Source of the DNA: Trichodelitschia bisporula
Taxonomy: Eukaryota
Direction: 5' to 3'
Assembly (NCBI GenBank): GCA_010356995.1
Contig: ML996693.1
Coordinates: forward strand, 930,001 to 994,000
DNA length: 64,000 bases
In this document: positions 25,272 to 38,641 of the stretch, one piece after another
Layout of the letters: the number at the start of each line of letters is the position of its first letter
Position numbering within the stretch: the stretch's first letter is position 1
The notes under the pieces: generated by a model
Seen by the model: only the letters and a program-made list of their open reading frames with translations
The model's database searches: none
Told to the model about the DNA's origin: nothing
Program-made: the position numbers and the translations under genes

Positions 25272-26890
25272 TTAACCGAACAGCGCATCGCCCAGCCGTA
25301 TGCTCACAGTCTTGGTCTGCGTGTAGTTATCCAGGGCCGCCTCGCCGAGCTCACGGCCAATACCCGACTCCTTGAAGCCGCCGAAGGGCAGCTGGTGGTG
25401 CAGGGTGTTGTACGTGTTGACCCAGACGGTGCCAGCCTTCAGCGCGTTGGACACCTCGATCGCCGTGTTGAGGTTTGTCGTGTGCACCGCGGCCGCCAAC
25501 CCGTACGTCGTGCTGTTGCCGAGGTGGACGGCATCCTCAATGGTCTTGAACTTGGCAATCGAGCACACAGGCCCGAAGATCTCCTCTTGCACGATCTTCA
25601 TGTCCTCCTTGACGTTGCTGAAGATGGTCGGCTCGATGAAGTAGCCCTTGTCTCCATGGCGGTTACCGCCAACCTCGACTGTGGCCCCATCTGCCTTGCC
25701 ATGCTCGATATACCTGGCTTGTTAGGCTTGCTTCAAGACGGGAGACACGACTTACTCCATGATCCGATCAAACTGCAGTTTCGACACCTGGGGCCCCTGG
25801 AAGGTCTTCTTATCGAAGGGATCGCCCACGACGTTCTTGGCCGCACGCTCCTTGAAGCGCGCCAGGAACTTGTCGTAGATGCTCTCTTGGACGTAAATGC
25901 GCGAGCCGGCGCAGCAGCACTGGCCGTGGTTGAAGAAAATACCGAAGTTAACCCATGAGATAGCGTTATCGATGTCCGCATCCTCGAAGATGATATTCGG
26001 GCTCTTTCCACCCAGCTCGAGCGTCACCTTCTTCAGGTTGGACATGGCAGCCGCCTTCATGATCTGGCGACCTACAACGGTCGACCCAGTGAAGGCAACC
26101 TTGTCGACGTCCATGTGCGAGGAGATGGCCGCGCCGGCGACCCGACCGATGCCGGAGATAATATTGATAACACCAGGGGGGAAACCAGCCTCCTTGACGA
26201 GGGTAGCAGCCACGAGGGCTGAGAGAGGGGTCTGCTCAGCGGTCTTGAGAACCACGGTGTTACCGGCCGCGACGGCAGGGCCAATCTTCCACGCCCACAT
26301 GAGCAGAGGGAAGTTCCAGGGGATGATTTGGCCGCAGACGCCAATCTAGCCTCGTTAGAAGAGTTTTGACAGCTCTCGATGAACCTACCGGCTCACGCTT
26401 GACGTAGTTGAAGGTGTCGTGCGAGGTGTCCACGACCTTGCCCTCAATCTTGTCGGCCCACCCGGCGTAGTACCTCAAGCAGCCTGCGCACGCACCAACG
26501 TCGCCCAGGGCCATGGTGATAGCCTTGCCATTGTCCAGCGATTCCACCGCCGCCAGCAGCTCGAGGTTCTTCTCGAACAGGTCGGCGAGCTTATACAGGA
26601 ACTTGCCGCGCTGCTCAGGTGTAACCTTCCGCCAGTCGCCCTCAAAGGCCTTGCGCGCCGCCGCAACGGCAAGATCAACATCCTTCTCCGTCGCCTCGTA
26701 CACAGATGTGATGACGGACTCGTCGCTGGGGTTGATGACTTCGAATGTCTTACCCTCGACACTCTTGACGAACTCGTTGTTGATGAACCTGACCTGTCAG
26801 CGTGGGTGAGGGTTGGGTAGGAGACACCTACAGGCCAATTGGCTGCTCGTACTCGCCGGTCAACGGCGTAGAGAGCTTAGTGAACACCAT
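25272..26890 (-). CDS. aldA: NAD-dependent aldehyde dehydrogenase (AldA/Alt a 10-like)
   Basis: [71 protein letters not shown]. Confidence 0.96.
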
Positions 26891-26949
26891 CTTGGACTGT
26901 ATCACGAAGTCAAGTTGTGTTCGGGGGAAGGGAGTGAAGAAAGAGAACT

Positions 26950-27210
26950 CAGGAGCGGGGAAGCACGAGGCCTGGTTATATAGCCCGCCTTTGCATGTCG
27001 CTGACCGTTTCCCGTTGCCCCGCGATCCTTGTGTCCAGGGCCATATGCCCTTGCCGCAACAGGAATCTACTGCGTTGAGCGTGTGGGGAACAACATGTGG
27101 TGGAGGCTTGGCCTATTCCTCGGTCGACCCACCCCTCACGCACCCCTCCATGGCCGTTACCCCGCCTTGGGCTTCCCGCACCACCGGCAAGGTAAGGCGA
27201 GGCGGGGTGA
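26950..27210 (-). promoter_or_regulatory. aldA promoter: TATA box and clustered SYGGRG (CreA-type) motifs
   Basis: TATATAA on the minus strand near 26976-26982; GCGGGG/GTGGGG/CCCCGC near 26955, 27019, 27083, 27160, 27202. Confidence 0.5.
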
Positions 27211-27981
27211 GCATTTGAGGCTTTGCGCCGCTTTGTCATATACGGTATGTCCAACCTGGCCGGAATTGATGTGTCCGGTTCGATGGATGTAATCGCCACA
27301 GAGCACGTCAACCCGTCCTTGAGTACAAACATGTACATCATCTATGCTGACGGGTGTACTAGTTCTAGTGTTTGCAGAGGCGAGCTTCTCAGTTCACTTG
27401 CCACCGAAAAACCAGCGTTCAGAGCGCGTTGTCTACGTAGTACCATGGATTGGTAATCGCCGCAGTGGACACCGATTCGCATTAGAGGGACTACGGATTG
27501 GACCTTCTCCGCACGCCCGGTCATTATTGATGCGAACTGGCTGGCCGAAGTTGGATAATTTTACCCTAAATCAACCCCGCTTCGGAAAGAAGCTAACCGT
27601 CCCTGCTCGTGATGCGTCACGAACCGAACACATCCAACAACCCTGGCGAATATCACTTAGCGTTTCCGCGTAGTGGTTAGACCGATCTGGACCAATGTTG
27701 TGGTCAAGTCTACAATGAGGCTATGCGAGACTGATAAGCCTCAAACCATGACTTGACGCAGTGAGATACGAGACAAAGAATGGAAGGCTTAACAGTGATT
27801 GTCTAACCCTCCCGCCAGATGCGCACTCCTAGCCCCCGGACCATAAAGAAACTGCTAAAGAGTACATTCATTCGCAAAGACACCAGAGAAGTCGAGACCC
27901 CAACGCCGTGCGAACCCATCAAAGGTGACCGGATGCCACTCGAAGAAATCACAATGTACTGCAGGATAGCATTGACCGTTT

Positions 27982-29521
27982 TCACTAAGCATGTTAGCAT
28001 TGTCGCATTCACTGCGATCAGTTAACTTACGATCTCATCCTCCATGCCAGTGTCGTTGACGATCGGCTGGGCAGCGCCGTTGGTGGTCATCGTGGCATCA
28101 CCACCGTTCGGCCCGGTGCCCGCCTCCCAGTAGTCAGCCATCTCGGCATCCAGCTCTTCGGTAGTCTTGGGCTTAGCACGGCCGGCATTGCCAGCACGAG
28201 CGCGAGGACCCTTCCCCTTGGCCTTCCCCTTCGCAGCAGCGGCGGCGCGTCCCGAAGTAGCAGGCTTCGGCTGGGACTTGTTGGTCTTGGGCTGTGCAAC
28301 GCGGTCGGCGAGAGACTTCGCCGGAGCTGGGAGAGGAGCTTCTTGAGCGTTGACGATGACCTCGATCTTCACCAATTAGCCAGCGTCAACACGACAAACG
28401 CTTGATCATACCTTCATGGGGCGGTTGTCCACTTTGATACCGTCAAGCTCCTTGGCAGCCTTTGCAGCGCTCTCGTGCTTGAAGAAGATGATGGTCGCAA
28501 CACCACGGCTCTTTCCGTCCTTGCCATACACGAGGAGAACTTTCTTGACCTTCCCAACCGACTTGGAAAAGTACTCCTATAGGCATATTAGGATCGAGTA
28601 TCTCCATGGAATGTAAAAGCAGGCGTCCAATCGCTGCTGCATGCGAGAATCACGACACTCGAATGCGACACCGTCAGTGAGGCGTCAGTTCAGCGAGCAG
28701 GCAACGACTTCGGGAATCAGTCCCGTCGTCAAACCTCGCGGTGGATGGCCAACCCGATGATTTCCTTTGACCAGCAGCATAGTCCGGTTCTCTCCGCCGC
28801 ATCGTCTGACTCCCCGACCTATGCTGTCTGTCCAGGTACGAAATCATTGTCAAGGTCAAAGGGCGTACTTGTTCCTGAGGTTGTCCAGTTCCACAGAGGG
28901 CCGCCAGAGCGGTTGCTAGCCGGCTCGCCACCATAGCCGTACTCGCTGCCCGCTCGCTGAACAAGACGCCAACAGCGGAAGCACCTGGTCAGGGTGCGTG
29001 GCCGATTCATCGGCCACCGCTCATCAGCTAGCTGCTTCCATCACGAGCCTTCGATGGGAGGGCAGCGTGTAGAAATCGCAACAGAGCAGAGGCAGAGCGA
29101 GGTCCGAAAGAGTCACCAGTTCGCGAGCCGATTCTGCCGAGGCCGTTTGCACCAGGCACGTGTTCGTTTCGCCGCAACAGCGAAGGGAAGGCATAATCGC
29201 ATTCACGGCGGGCAACATACCTTGATCTGTGCCTCAGTCACATCGATCGGCTGGTGTCGAGTTAGAAGCGCGGAATCAGGTGAGCCGGGAAACGGGAGAA
29301 CGGACCAGGTTGCTAACGATGATCTTGCCCTCTCCAGAGACGGTGGGTCCAGCCGTTGCCTTCACCTTGGGATCCTTCTTGGCGCCTTTCACGGCCTTCT
29401 TGATGCCGCCGACCGGCGCAGGAGTAGGCTTGCCGGCGTTCCGGGTGCGACGGGGGCGACGCGTCTCGCTCATGATCTGGTCAAGGCTCTTGTTGAGTTT
29501 GTCGTTCTGCATGGCTGCCAT
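27982..29521 (-). CDS. YRA1: mRNA export adaptor Yra1/ALYREF (RRM)
   Basis: N-box DKLNKSLDQIM; RRM KIIVSNL/PIDVTEAQIK/EYFSKSVGKVKKV...GKSRGVATIIF; C-box KTTEELDAEMADYW; 644-nt second intron. Confidence 0.93.
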
Positions 29522-30128
29522 TTCGAAAGGGACAGGTCGAGTGAAGGGGATATGCTAGCGACTGTGTCTGGTTGTGTAAGCGTGGCTTTGCGGGATGGTT
29601 TGATAGATGAGACGCGTGAGATGATGAAGGTTGGAAGTGTTGACTCCGCGAGGATGCGCTGGACCGGGACAAACGTCGCGCGTCGCTTGAGGCAGTTGCG
29701 GCTTCTAAATCAAGGTGGGAGACTAGGAAAGAGGGATGCGACGTACAGTATGAGTGATTCAGCGAAAACGTAAAGGGCGTTGACGCGGGTGATGGATGCG
29801 AAGAGAAAGAGATTGGGGGAGGCAAAGATGAAGGAGGGCGAAGATGAAGGAAGGCGCTGTCAAGCGGTTGGCGCAGGGGGGGTCGTGTTTTTCTTGGCGA
29901 TGTCGCGCAGGTTTTCAGTTAGGGTAGCGATTGATCACCTGACGTGAATGGACGTGCTGTCACATGACACTCCCTGGACCTCAAGCTCAGCGCGGCCTCC
30001 ATCGCGACATACGTTGGTACCGTACATATGCAGAACCCTGCTGATTACTGGGATGATTATTCTGGCACAGGAAGACCGTGACTGAGATGTTAATCTAGAG
30101 CGAAAGGGCGGAGTTTGTGGCATCAACC

Positions 30129-33100
30129 ATGGCTTTAACATCCGTATGCCCTGCCTTGCACTGCTTGAATGAGCTAATAGGAGCAGTGGAAAGCATTCAA
30201 GTTCTTTGATGTCAGCCAGGTCAAGCTTGCAGACGAGGAAAATGCGACTATTTTCGATGTATGATGGTCCGATTTTGCTGGCACGGCTAACGCCAGTAGA
30301 AAAATAACATCACCTGCGTTGCGAGCGGGTCCGAGAATGTCTTCTTCGGCAGCGCAGATGGAGTTGTCCATATCGTATCTCAGGCATTTAAGATTGTACG
30401 GTCCTTCAAAGCCTACGATGCCAGCTCCATCACCCACATGAAGCAAGTGCAGGGCACATCGTTGCTTGTCACCATAGGAGAGGACATGTCAAACGAGCCG
30501 GTGCTGAAAGTGTGGGCGCTTGACAAACTCGAGAAGAAGACCGGCATTCCCCGGTGCCAGAGCACTCTTTCGATTCAGAACGGACGGAAACAGTTTCCGG
30601 TATTATGATCGATTTCCTTCCTGATGCTTGCTGAATGTAGCAGATATCCGCGTTTGCTGCACTTGAGGACCTTTCGCAGCTTGCTATTGGGTTCGGAAAC
30701 GGCGCTGTCACCGTGGTTCGAGGCGATCTCATCCACGATCGGGGTGCCAGGCAGCGGACGGTGTTCGAGACGGAAGAACCCATCACCGGGATCGAGTTCC
30801 GTGAGGGCAACATCACGACGCTGTATATCGCAACTACAGGGAGAATATCGACTCTGGTGATATCCGGCCGCGGTCAAGGCCAGCCCGCAAGGTCACTGGA
30901 TGAGACTGGATGCGGAGTTGGATGTATGACCGTCGATGAATCAACCCGTGACGTTGTCGTCGCTCGTGAAGATGGAATCTACTACTACGGCCTCCACGGT
31001 CGAGGACCGGTCTACGCCTACGAGGGTCCCAAGAAGTCTATCAACGTGTTTGAGGACTACATTGCGCTCATATCGCCACCACAAAACAACACCTCCATCG
31101 CACGAACAGCCCCATTGCGCGCATTCGGAACAACGCAGGCCGATGATCTGTTCAGCACATCGAATTTCACCATACTCAACACCGACTTGAAATTCATTGC
31201 TCATCAAGAAGCGCTGGCATCTCCAGTGAAGTTCATCTTCATGGAGTGGGGGGATCTATTTTTGCTGACATTGGACGGCAAGGTAAATGCACCGTACGGC
31301 CTCTAAATGAGTGATGGACGCTAATAAGCATAGATCTACCGTTACCATGAGAAGTCAATTCAGCAGAAACTAGAGCTTCTCTACCAGCGAAATCTCTATG
31401 TCCTTGCGATCAATCTTGCACAGAAGCTCGGCGTGGATGCGGCTCAGCAGAATGTCATCTACCGAAAGTATGGCGACTACCTGTATCAGAAGCAGGATTA
31501 CGATACTGCTATGCAGCAGTATCTGAAAGCTATCGACAACACAGAGCCTTCGCAAGTGATCCGAAAATTCCTCGACACCCAGCGCATCCACAATCTCATT
31601 GACTACCTGGAAGAACTGCATGAGCACCAAAAAGCCACCCCTGACCACACCACCCTCCTACTGAACTGCTATGCCAAACTGAAAGATGTGAAGAAGTTGG
31701 AAGAGTTCATCAAGTCGCCAGGAGATCTCAAATTTGACTTGGATACGGCGATCATGATGTGCAGGCAAGGTGGCTACCATGACCAGGCGGCGTTTCTCGC
31801 ACGCAAGCACGACGAGCATGAACTTGTTGTGGATATCTTGGTGGAAGACAGCAAAAAATATGCCGAAGCGCTGGCGTATATCTGGCGGCTGGAGCCGAAG
31901 CTTGTAAGCATTGTGGAATACCCCTTGGGTCAGGCTAACCGTCCTAGGCATATCAAAGCTTGATGAAGTATGCGACGGTGCTGCTGGAGCATTGCTCCGA
32001 AGATGCTACTCAACTCTTCATCGACTACTACACTGGTAAGTTCCGTCCAAAGAAAGACGCCCTGGTGGTAGTCCAGGTTCAGCCCTCGCAAGGCGGCGTC
32101 GCGAGTGTTGCATCAGCTGTGCAAAACCTGGCCGCTATGCTGCCCCTCCCATACATGCCAACCGGCCTGTTGTCTTCACCCAGCTCCGGACAAGAAAATG
32201 CGACCAGTGTCACACAAGTTGTAGAAACTAATGTCGACGAGCCGCCGCCGGTGTACGATGTGCCCAAGCCAAGGACAGCCTTCTCGGCATTTGTCGACCA
32301 CCCACAGGAGTTCATCGTCTTCTTGCAAGCGTGTATTGAAGCCGATGATTTGAAAGAGGGTGATAAGGTCGATTTGTACACGACGTTGTTTGAGATGTAT
32401 CTGCATACCGCAAGCGGCAAGAAGGACGACAGCAAGGCGGAGTGGGAGAACAAGGCTAAAGCTTTGATAGAAAGCAAAAAGGTGGGGAAACCGTCCTGGT
32501 CCGGTCTGGAATTGCGCTTACTGTCATAGGTGCCCATCGACACGCATAATGTCTTGTTGCTCTCGCATCTTGAGAATTTCCGCGACGGATCGATCCTGGT
32601 CCGCGAGAAGCAGGGCTTACGCTTCGACATCTTCCGCTCCTACACTAACGCAAAGGACACCGCAGGTGCCATCAAGGCGCTGCACAAATACGGTCCCGAA
32701 GAACCACAGCTGTATCCCGCAGCCCTGGCCTACTTCACCTCCAGCCCCCAGATCCTCGAGGAAGCGGGTGATGAACTCGATGCCGTGCTGCGCAAGATCG
32801 ACGAAGATGGTCTCATGGCGCCGCTGCAAGTCATCCAGACGCTGAGCACGAACGGGGTTGCCACGATGGGGATGATCAAAAAATATCTTAGCACGACCAT
32901 CGACAAAGAGCGGCAGGAAATCTCCTCGGTAAGTCTTAGCCCACCTCAAATCATGTTTCTTTCTAACTGCCGCAGAACCGACGCCTCATCCAGACCTACC
33001 GCAGCGACACAGAGAAGAAGCGTGACGAGATTGCCCGTCTATCTACAAAGCCCGAGACCTTCAATGCCACGCGCTGTGCCGCCTGCTCTGCGCCGCTCGA

Positions 33101-33380
33101 CCTGCCCGCCGTGCACTTCCTATGCAAGCACAGCTTCCACCAGCGCTGCCTGAACATCCCAACGGATGTGTACGGCGAGGCGGAGGACGAGGGCAACGTC
33201 GAGTGTCCGCTGTGCGCACCGAACAACGCAACGGTCAAGGCGATCAAGAAGGCGCAAGAGGAGAGCGCGGAGCGACACGACATGTTCCTAGATGCGTTGG
33301 CGCGGAGTCGGGATAAGTTTGGTACGATCAGCGAGTGGTTTGGGCGCGGCGTCATGTCGGCTGGGACGGAGCATTCGTAG
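30129..33380 (+). CDS. VPS11: Vacuolar protein sorting Vps11 (HOPS/CORVET)
   Basis: MALTS/WKAFKFFDV, VRGDLIHDRGARQ, YRKYGDYLYQKQDYDTAMQQY, C-terminal RING-H2 C..CSAPLDLPAVHFLCKHSFHQRCL...CPLC, EWFGRGVM. Confidence 0.96.
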
Positions 33381-33440
33381 CAAGCCAGGCGTTAACTTCG
33401 AGATCTAAATTGTACAATGCACGAGTCTTGCGTAAGACAT

Positions 33441-34364
33441 CTACTCCTTAGCCTCTTCCTTGGCCTCCTCTTTCCCCTCCGGCTTGCTCTCGTCCTCAAG
33501 CACCTGCCTCCGCCCCTCCAAAGTGAAGTACAAGCTCTTACTCGCCGTCTCCAGCGTCCCTGCCAACCCCCCCGCAAAGCTCTGCAGTATCCCCACAACC
33601 TGCGCCCGCAGCCCATCGATCCCGCCCTCAATGCCCCCGATCCACCTCGCGCCCTCGGTGTCGAATACCCGGCCCTCCGCCCGCGCTCCCAGGAGCATCA
33701 ATTTTTGCACCGCCGACAGCACCGCCGGCTCGTGATACCCGGGGTTGACCCTACGCCGGGGCGCCGGAAACGCAGGTGAGGGCGCCAGGATGCTCAGCGC
33801 GACAGCAAGATGTTCGGGGCTCATAGCGGGGAGGGTGAGGACGACGAGCGGCCCGGCGAGGAGCGGCTCAAGCTCCGTCTTGATCTGCGCGTTCTTCGCC
33901 GCTTTGTAAGCCGCCTCGGAGAGGCCGTGGGTGAGTCGGCTAGGCCCCGTAGTCTCGGGGTGCCAAAACTCGACGACGCGCAGCGCCATGGCGAACATAC
34001 TGCCGCGGATGACTTGGAGCTTTATCGAGTCCGCGAGGTGGGTTGCATTGCTGGCGTCGGCGGCGCGCATGGCGTTGGCGAGTTCACGCCGGAGGCTGGT
34101 CCATTCGTTAGATTTGAGGTTGTTGTGTTGGAAGAGGAGGAGGAGGGGGGTGGAGCGCAGGAGGGAGGTGTAGGTTCTGTGGAGTTGGGATTTGCGGAAT
34201 TGGGGCGGTTTGTAGGAGGGGGGTTGGGTTGTTGGGTAGCGCTGGGGAGGAGGGGGTGTCGAGGTGGGTGTGGTTGCTGCTGCTGTTGAGGCATAGCGGC
34301 ATTGGAGAGGGAATGTGGGCCGAGCGAGGAGCTGGCTGGCGCGGAGTCGTATGCGGGGAGGCAT
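33441..34364 (-). CDS. Mitochondrial ribosomal protein uL10m
   Basis: Presequence-like N-terminus; RKSQLHRTYTSLLRSTPLLLLFQHNNL, LLAGPL, LMLLGARAEGRVFD, GLRAQVVGIL. Confidence 0.85.
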   Translation of the reverse strand: MPPRIRLRASQLLARPTFPLQCRYASTAAATTPTSTPPPPQRYPTTQPPSYKPPQFRKSQLHRTYTSLLRSTPLLLLFQHNNLKSNEWTSLRRELANAMRAADASNATHLADSIKLQVIRGSMFAMALRVVEFWHPETTGPSRLTHGLSEAAYKAAKNAQIKTELEPLLAGPLVVLTLPAMSPEHLAVALSILAPSPAFPAPRRRVNPGYHEPAVLSAVQKLMLLGARAEGRVFDTEGARWIGGIEGGIDGLRAQVVGILQSFAGGLAGTLETASKSLYFTLEGRRQVLEDESKPEGKEEAKEEAKE

Positions 34365-34681
34365 TGTGATGGGGAGGCTGGTAGAGAGTCAGTAGATGTA
34401 TCGGAGCAGAATGTACATAAGTGTGTGGGCGTCAGAGATGCGTACCTGGGCAGCGATATGTGCGGCCGTCACCAGAAATTCTGGAGGTGAAGCCGCAAGC
34501 TTCTTTCTTGCCCATCCACATTTTCCCAAAGTAGCTTAGCGCCGGGTAGGCCCGTTTAACCTCCAGACTCATTATTCTGAGCGACTTCGCCCTTGCGGAG
34601 GGGCACGACGTCTAGGTAAAGTACATCCTTCAATTGACTCTCACTCAACTCATTCATTCCCTGGATAGTTTTGCTAACACC

Positions 34682-36019
34682 ATGCCCCTCCCCCAGCAAG
34701 CCGAACCCACCGTCCTCATCACCCCCCTCCTCAAACGCCTCTGGCCCTCCCCCACCGCCGAAAATGTCACCGCTGCCGAAATCGCAGCCGCCATCTCGCA
34801 CATCTTCACCAACAGCCTGACGCCCGTCCAGACGGGCGCGTTGCTTACCGCATTGCACTTCACCGGCCTCGACCGCCAGCCGGAGGTTTTGTCGAAATGT
34901 GCGGAGGCAATGCGCAACGCCGCTGCGCCTATCGACCGCGCGGCTCTGCGGTCTGCAGTCCAGGCGCGTGGCCGCAAGGAGGGGGCTTACAATGGCGGAC
35001 TGGTAGGTCTGCCGCTCTAGCACAAGCCCCGCTTATGAAGACAGTGTGACATTGTCGGCACGGGCGGCGACTCGCACAACACCTTCAACATCAGCACCAC
35101 GGCCTCCATCCTCGCCTCCTCCCTCCTCATGATCGCCAAACACGGCAACCGCGCCTCGACCTCAAAATCCGGCTCCGCAGACCTGCTCCTCTCCACCCCT
35201 CGCCCCCCCTCCCTTAACGCCATCTCCCCCTCCAACCTGCCCTCCCTCTACAGACACACAAACTACGCCTTCCTCTTCGCCCCCACCTTCCACCCCGGCA
35301 TGCGCTTCGTAGCCCCGATAAGGAAGGAACTCGGCTGGCGCACGATATTCAACCTCCTCGGCCCGTTGTCCAATCCCGTGGACGACAAGCGCCCCGTCCT
35401 CGAGGCACGCGTTATTGGCGTTGCGAGGAGGGATTTGGGCCCCGCGTTTGCGCGGGCGTTTGTCCTGTCGGGCGTGCGGAAGGCGATGGTTGTGTGCGGT
35501 GATGAGGAGCTGGATGAATTGAGTTGCGCGGGGCCCACGCACTGCTGGCGCATCGTCGAGCGCGCCAACCCGGCATACACAAGCACAGGGGACGCCGACC
35601 ACGACTCCGACACCTCGGACGACGACGCCGAGCCCCCCACACTCGCGCACGTAGAGTACTTCACCCTCTCGCCCTCCGACTTCGGCTTCCCCCCGCACCC
35701 CCTCGCGTCCGTAGGCCCCGGCAAAGAACCCAAAGAGAACGCAGCCATATTCACGCGGATCCTTGCCGGCGAAATGGATTTCAACGACCCGATTATGCAT
35801 TTCGTGCTTATTAATACGGCGGCGCTGTTTGTGGTGAGTGGGATTTGTGAGGGGGATAGCAGTTGTATGGGGGAGGGGGACGATGGGCAGGTCATCACGG
35901 AACGCGGGCCGGGGGGTGGGCGGTGGAAGGAGGGTGTGCGCCGGGCCAAATGGGCGATTAGCAGTGGGGCGGCGGGGCGGGAGTGGGAGAGATTTGTGGA
36001 GGGGACGAAGGGGTTGTAG
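34682..36019 (+). CDS. TRP4: Anthranilate phosphoribosyltransferase
   Basis: CDIVGTGGDSHNTFNISTTAS, KHGNRASTSKSGSADLL, FLFAPTFHPGM, RTIFNLLGPL, LDELS. Start codon slightly uncertain. Confidence 0.95.
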
Positions 36020-36816
36020 ATGACTGCGGGAGTGGTAGAGGCTCTGTGGTAGACGCACGATGAGCCCGCCTGCGGTACTTACCCGGCATCTACATCCTAA
36101 ATAGGAAATCAAAAGTCATCTTCCTACCCACGAAACTCGTCTCCAATCAGGGAAGAGGTGCACCTGCATCCCGCCCAAAGCGCTAGAAACATGGAAACGT
36201 TTCTTTCGGCAAGCTTGGGCCTCAGCCTCGGCCCCGGGCCCGTCGCCGATTGACCACATCCCCGCTCCCGGGGGCTCCAATTGCTGGAAAAATAGCCCTT
36301 CCCTTTCCATCTTCCGTTCCCTTGTCTGGATGGAGTGCAAAACCCGGCATGCGGCGGTTTGCCGGCACATCGTTCCCACTTTCCACCCCGTTCGCCCGCG
36401 TGCTTCGCGCCGAGAACCGGTCATGCATACTGCTCACCCTGGGCCGGACGGATTGTGCGGCAAGGCCGTTGGCCATGTAGGTCATGCTCGGGGGTGCAGT
36501 GGAAGGGTCATGGGGAGAGAGTGCTGGAGGAGGGTGCTGGGTGGTCGTCCAGCTCCCCGGGGTAATATCGCAGCTGTATGACCTCGTCTATCCCGAACCC
36601 TTGGGCAGTTGGCGGGTGCGGGGGCATGGGTCGGGGAGCGAACTGCGGGGTGGGATTGGGGTTTTGGGCCATTGGGTCTGCTGATTAAGATGGTGAGTAT
36701 GTATTCTTGGTGTGAGGTTTTTCGAGTCTGCGTTCTTTGGTGATCGTGTCTTGAGCTTCCCTTCGTTGGTCTTTAGGACGGTGTGCGGACGTTGATCCAC
36801 ACGACCTACCGTAGCC

Positions 36817-38641
36817 ATGGCTCGCATTGGGAGGAAGAGGGCGTACAATTGGTGAGTGTGTGGTAGCCGTCTCTCGCGATGTCTGTCTGGTGTAAGCTGG
36901 CGAAGCATACTAACACCAACAGGTACTGCTCCCTCATCGCCGCCTCCTGCATGGTCCTCTACGGCTACGACAACAGCACCTTCAACGCCATCAGTGGGTC
37001 CGCAAACTGGGACCGGTGGTTCGACAACATCGTGGGCCCCCCCCTTCCCCTTCCCCATCCACCCTCCCCCAACACCCTAACACGCCCAGAAAACCAAAAA
37101 ATCCAACGAAAACCTCTACGCCGCCATCAACACCGCCTACTACGTCGGCGCCATCACCGCCGGCTGGTTCATGGGCGGCCCCATAGCCGACATCCTGGGC
37201 CGGCGGGCGGGCATGGCGAGCGGCGCGGCGTGCGTGATTGCGGCGACGTTTATGCAGGCGTTTGCGCCGAGGGGGATGATTGGGGTTTTTATTGGGGGGC
37301 GGGTGTTGATTGGGATAGGGCAGGGGCTTGCGCTGAGTAGGTTGAGCTTTACGTTGGGGTGGTGAGAGGGAGTACGAGGCGAGGCTGACGAAACAGCGGC
37401 CGGACCGGCGTACATCAATGAGCTTGCGCCGCCGGAGATACGCGGTGAGATCATGAGTTACTGGCAGATGTTTTACAGCGTCGGGAGCTTCATTGCCTAC
37501 TGGGTGGGTTCCGGCATCGGGGATCATAGTTTCGAGAGCCCCGGCTAATGATCCAGGTCGGATACGGGTGCTCGACGCACAAGGCCAAGCTGGGCGAGTG
37601 GGACTGGCGCATGATCGTCATCTTCCAGCTCCTCGTCCCCATCCTCATCCTCAGCCTCGTGTTCACGCTCCCGGAGACGCCGCGGTGGTACATCCAGCAC
37701 GGGGACCGGATCGACGACGCGCGGGCCTCGCTGCTGCGCGTACGGGACGACCCAGAGGCCGTGGAGACGGAGCTCACGAGCATCCGCGAGGCGATTGAGT
37801 TTGAAAAGTCGGCGATTAGCGGGAGTTACAGCGCGCTGTGGAAGGACCCGTCCGTACGGAAACGCTTACTCATTGCCTTTGCGCTGAACGCCGGGCAGCA
37901 GATTACGGGCCAGGGCACGCTGAACACGTACAGCACGATAGTGTACCAGCGCGTGTTCAAGGACGCGAACACCATTTTCCTAATCAATGCGCTGAACGCG
38001 ACGTGCGCGATCCTGTTCACACTCAATGCGACGTGGACGGTGGATCGGTACGGGCGGAAGTTTTTGTTCCTCGTGGGTGCGGTGGGGATGGGGTTTTGCA
38101 TGATTATCGTCGCGACGATTTATACCCAGACGCCGATTGTGCCGGGGAGCAGGTCGGCGAAGGTCCCGGATGGGATCAAGACGCGGCCCGTGGGGATAGC
38201 GATTGTGTTCGTGTTTTTCCTGTTCAGCTTCTTCTGNNNNNNNNNNNNNNNNNNNNNNNNNNNNNNNTAACAGGACCAGACAAACCCTCCTGGGGCGCAA
38301 CAACCTGGATCTGGACCTCCGAAATCTTCAGCATGAACGTGCGGGCGCAAGCCGTGGGCATGGCATCGCAGACGCAAAACATCGCCAACGTGGTAGTCCA
38401 GCAATTCTTCCCCACGTTCCTGAACCGCAAGGGCTTTTACGCCTTCTACATGTTCGCGGGGATTAACTTCCTCCTTGCGGTTTTTGTGTGGTTCGTTGTG
38501 CCGGAGACGCGGAATGTCCCGCTGGAGGAGATTGATGTCCTGTTTGGGGGGGTTAACCATGTTGAGCGCGGAGAGCATATTATTGCGAAGGGGGAGGAGA
38601 GTATTGCGCCAAAGGGGGAGAGTGTGCAGAGGAGCGGGTAG
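36817..38641 (+). CDS. MFS sugar porter family transporter
   Basis: LYGYD, DILGRR, YINELAPPEIRG, PETPRW, QQITG, DRYGRK, SEIFSMNVRA, VPETRNVPLEEID; several introns and an N gap. Confidence 0.93.
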
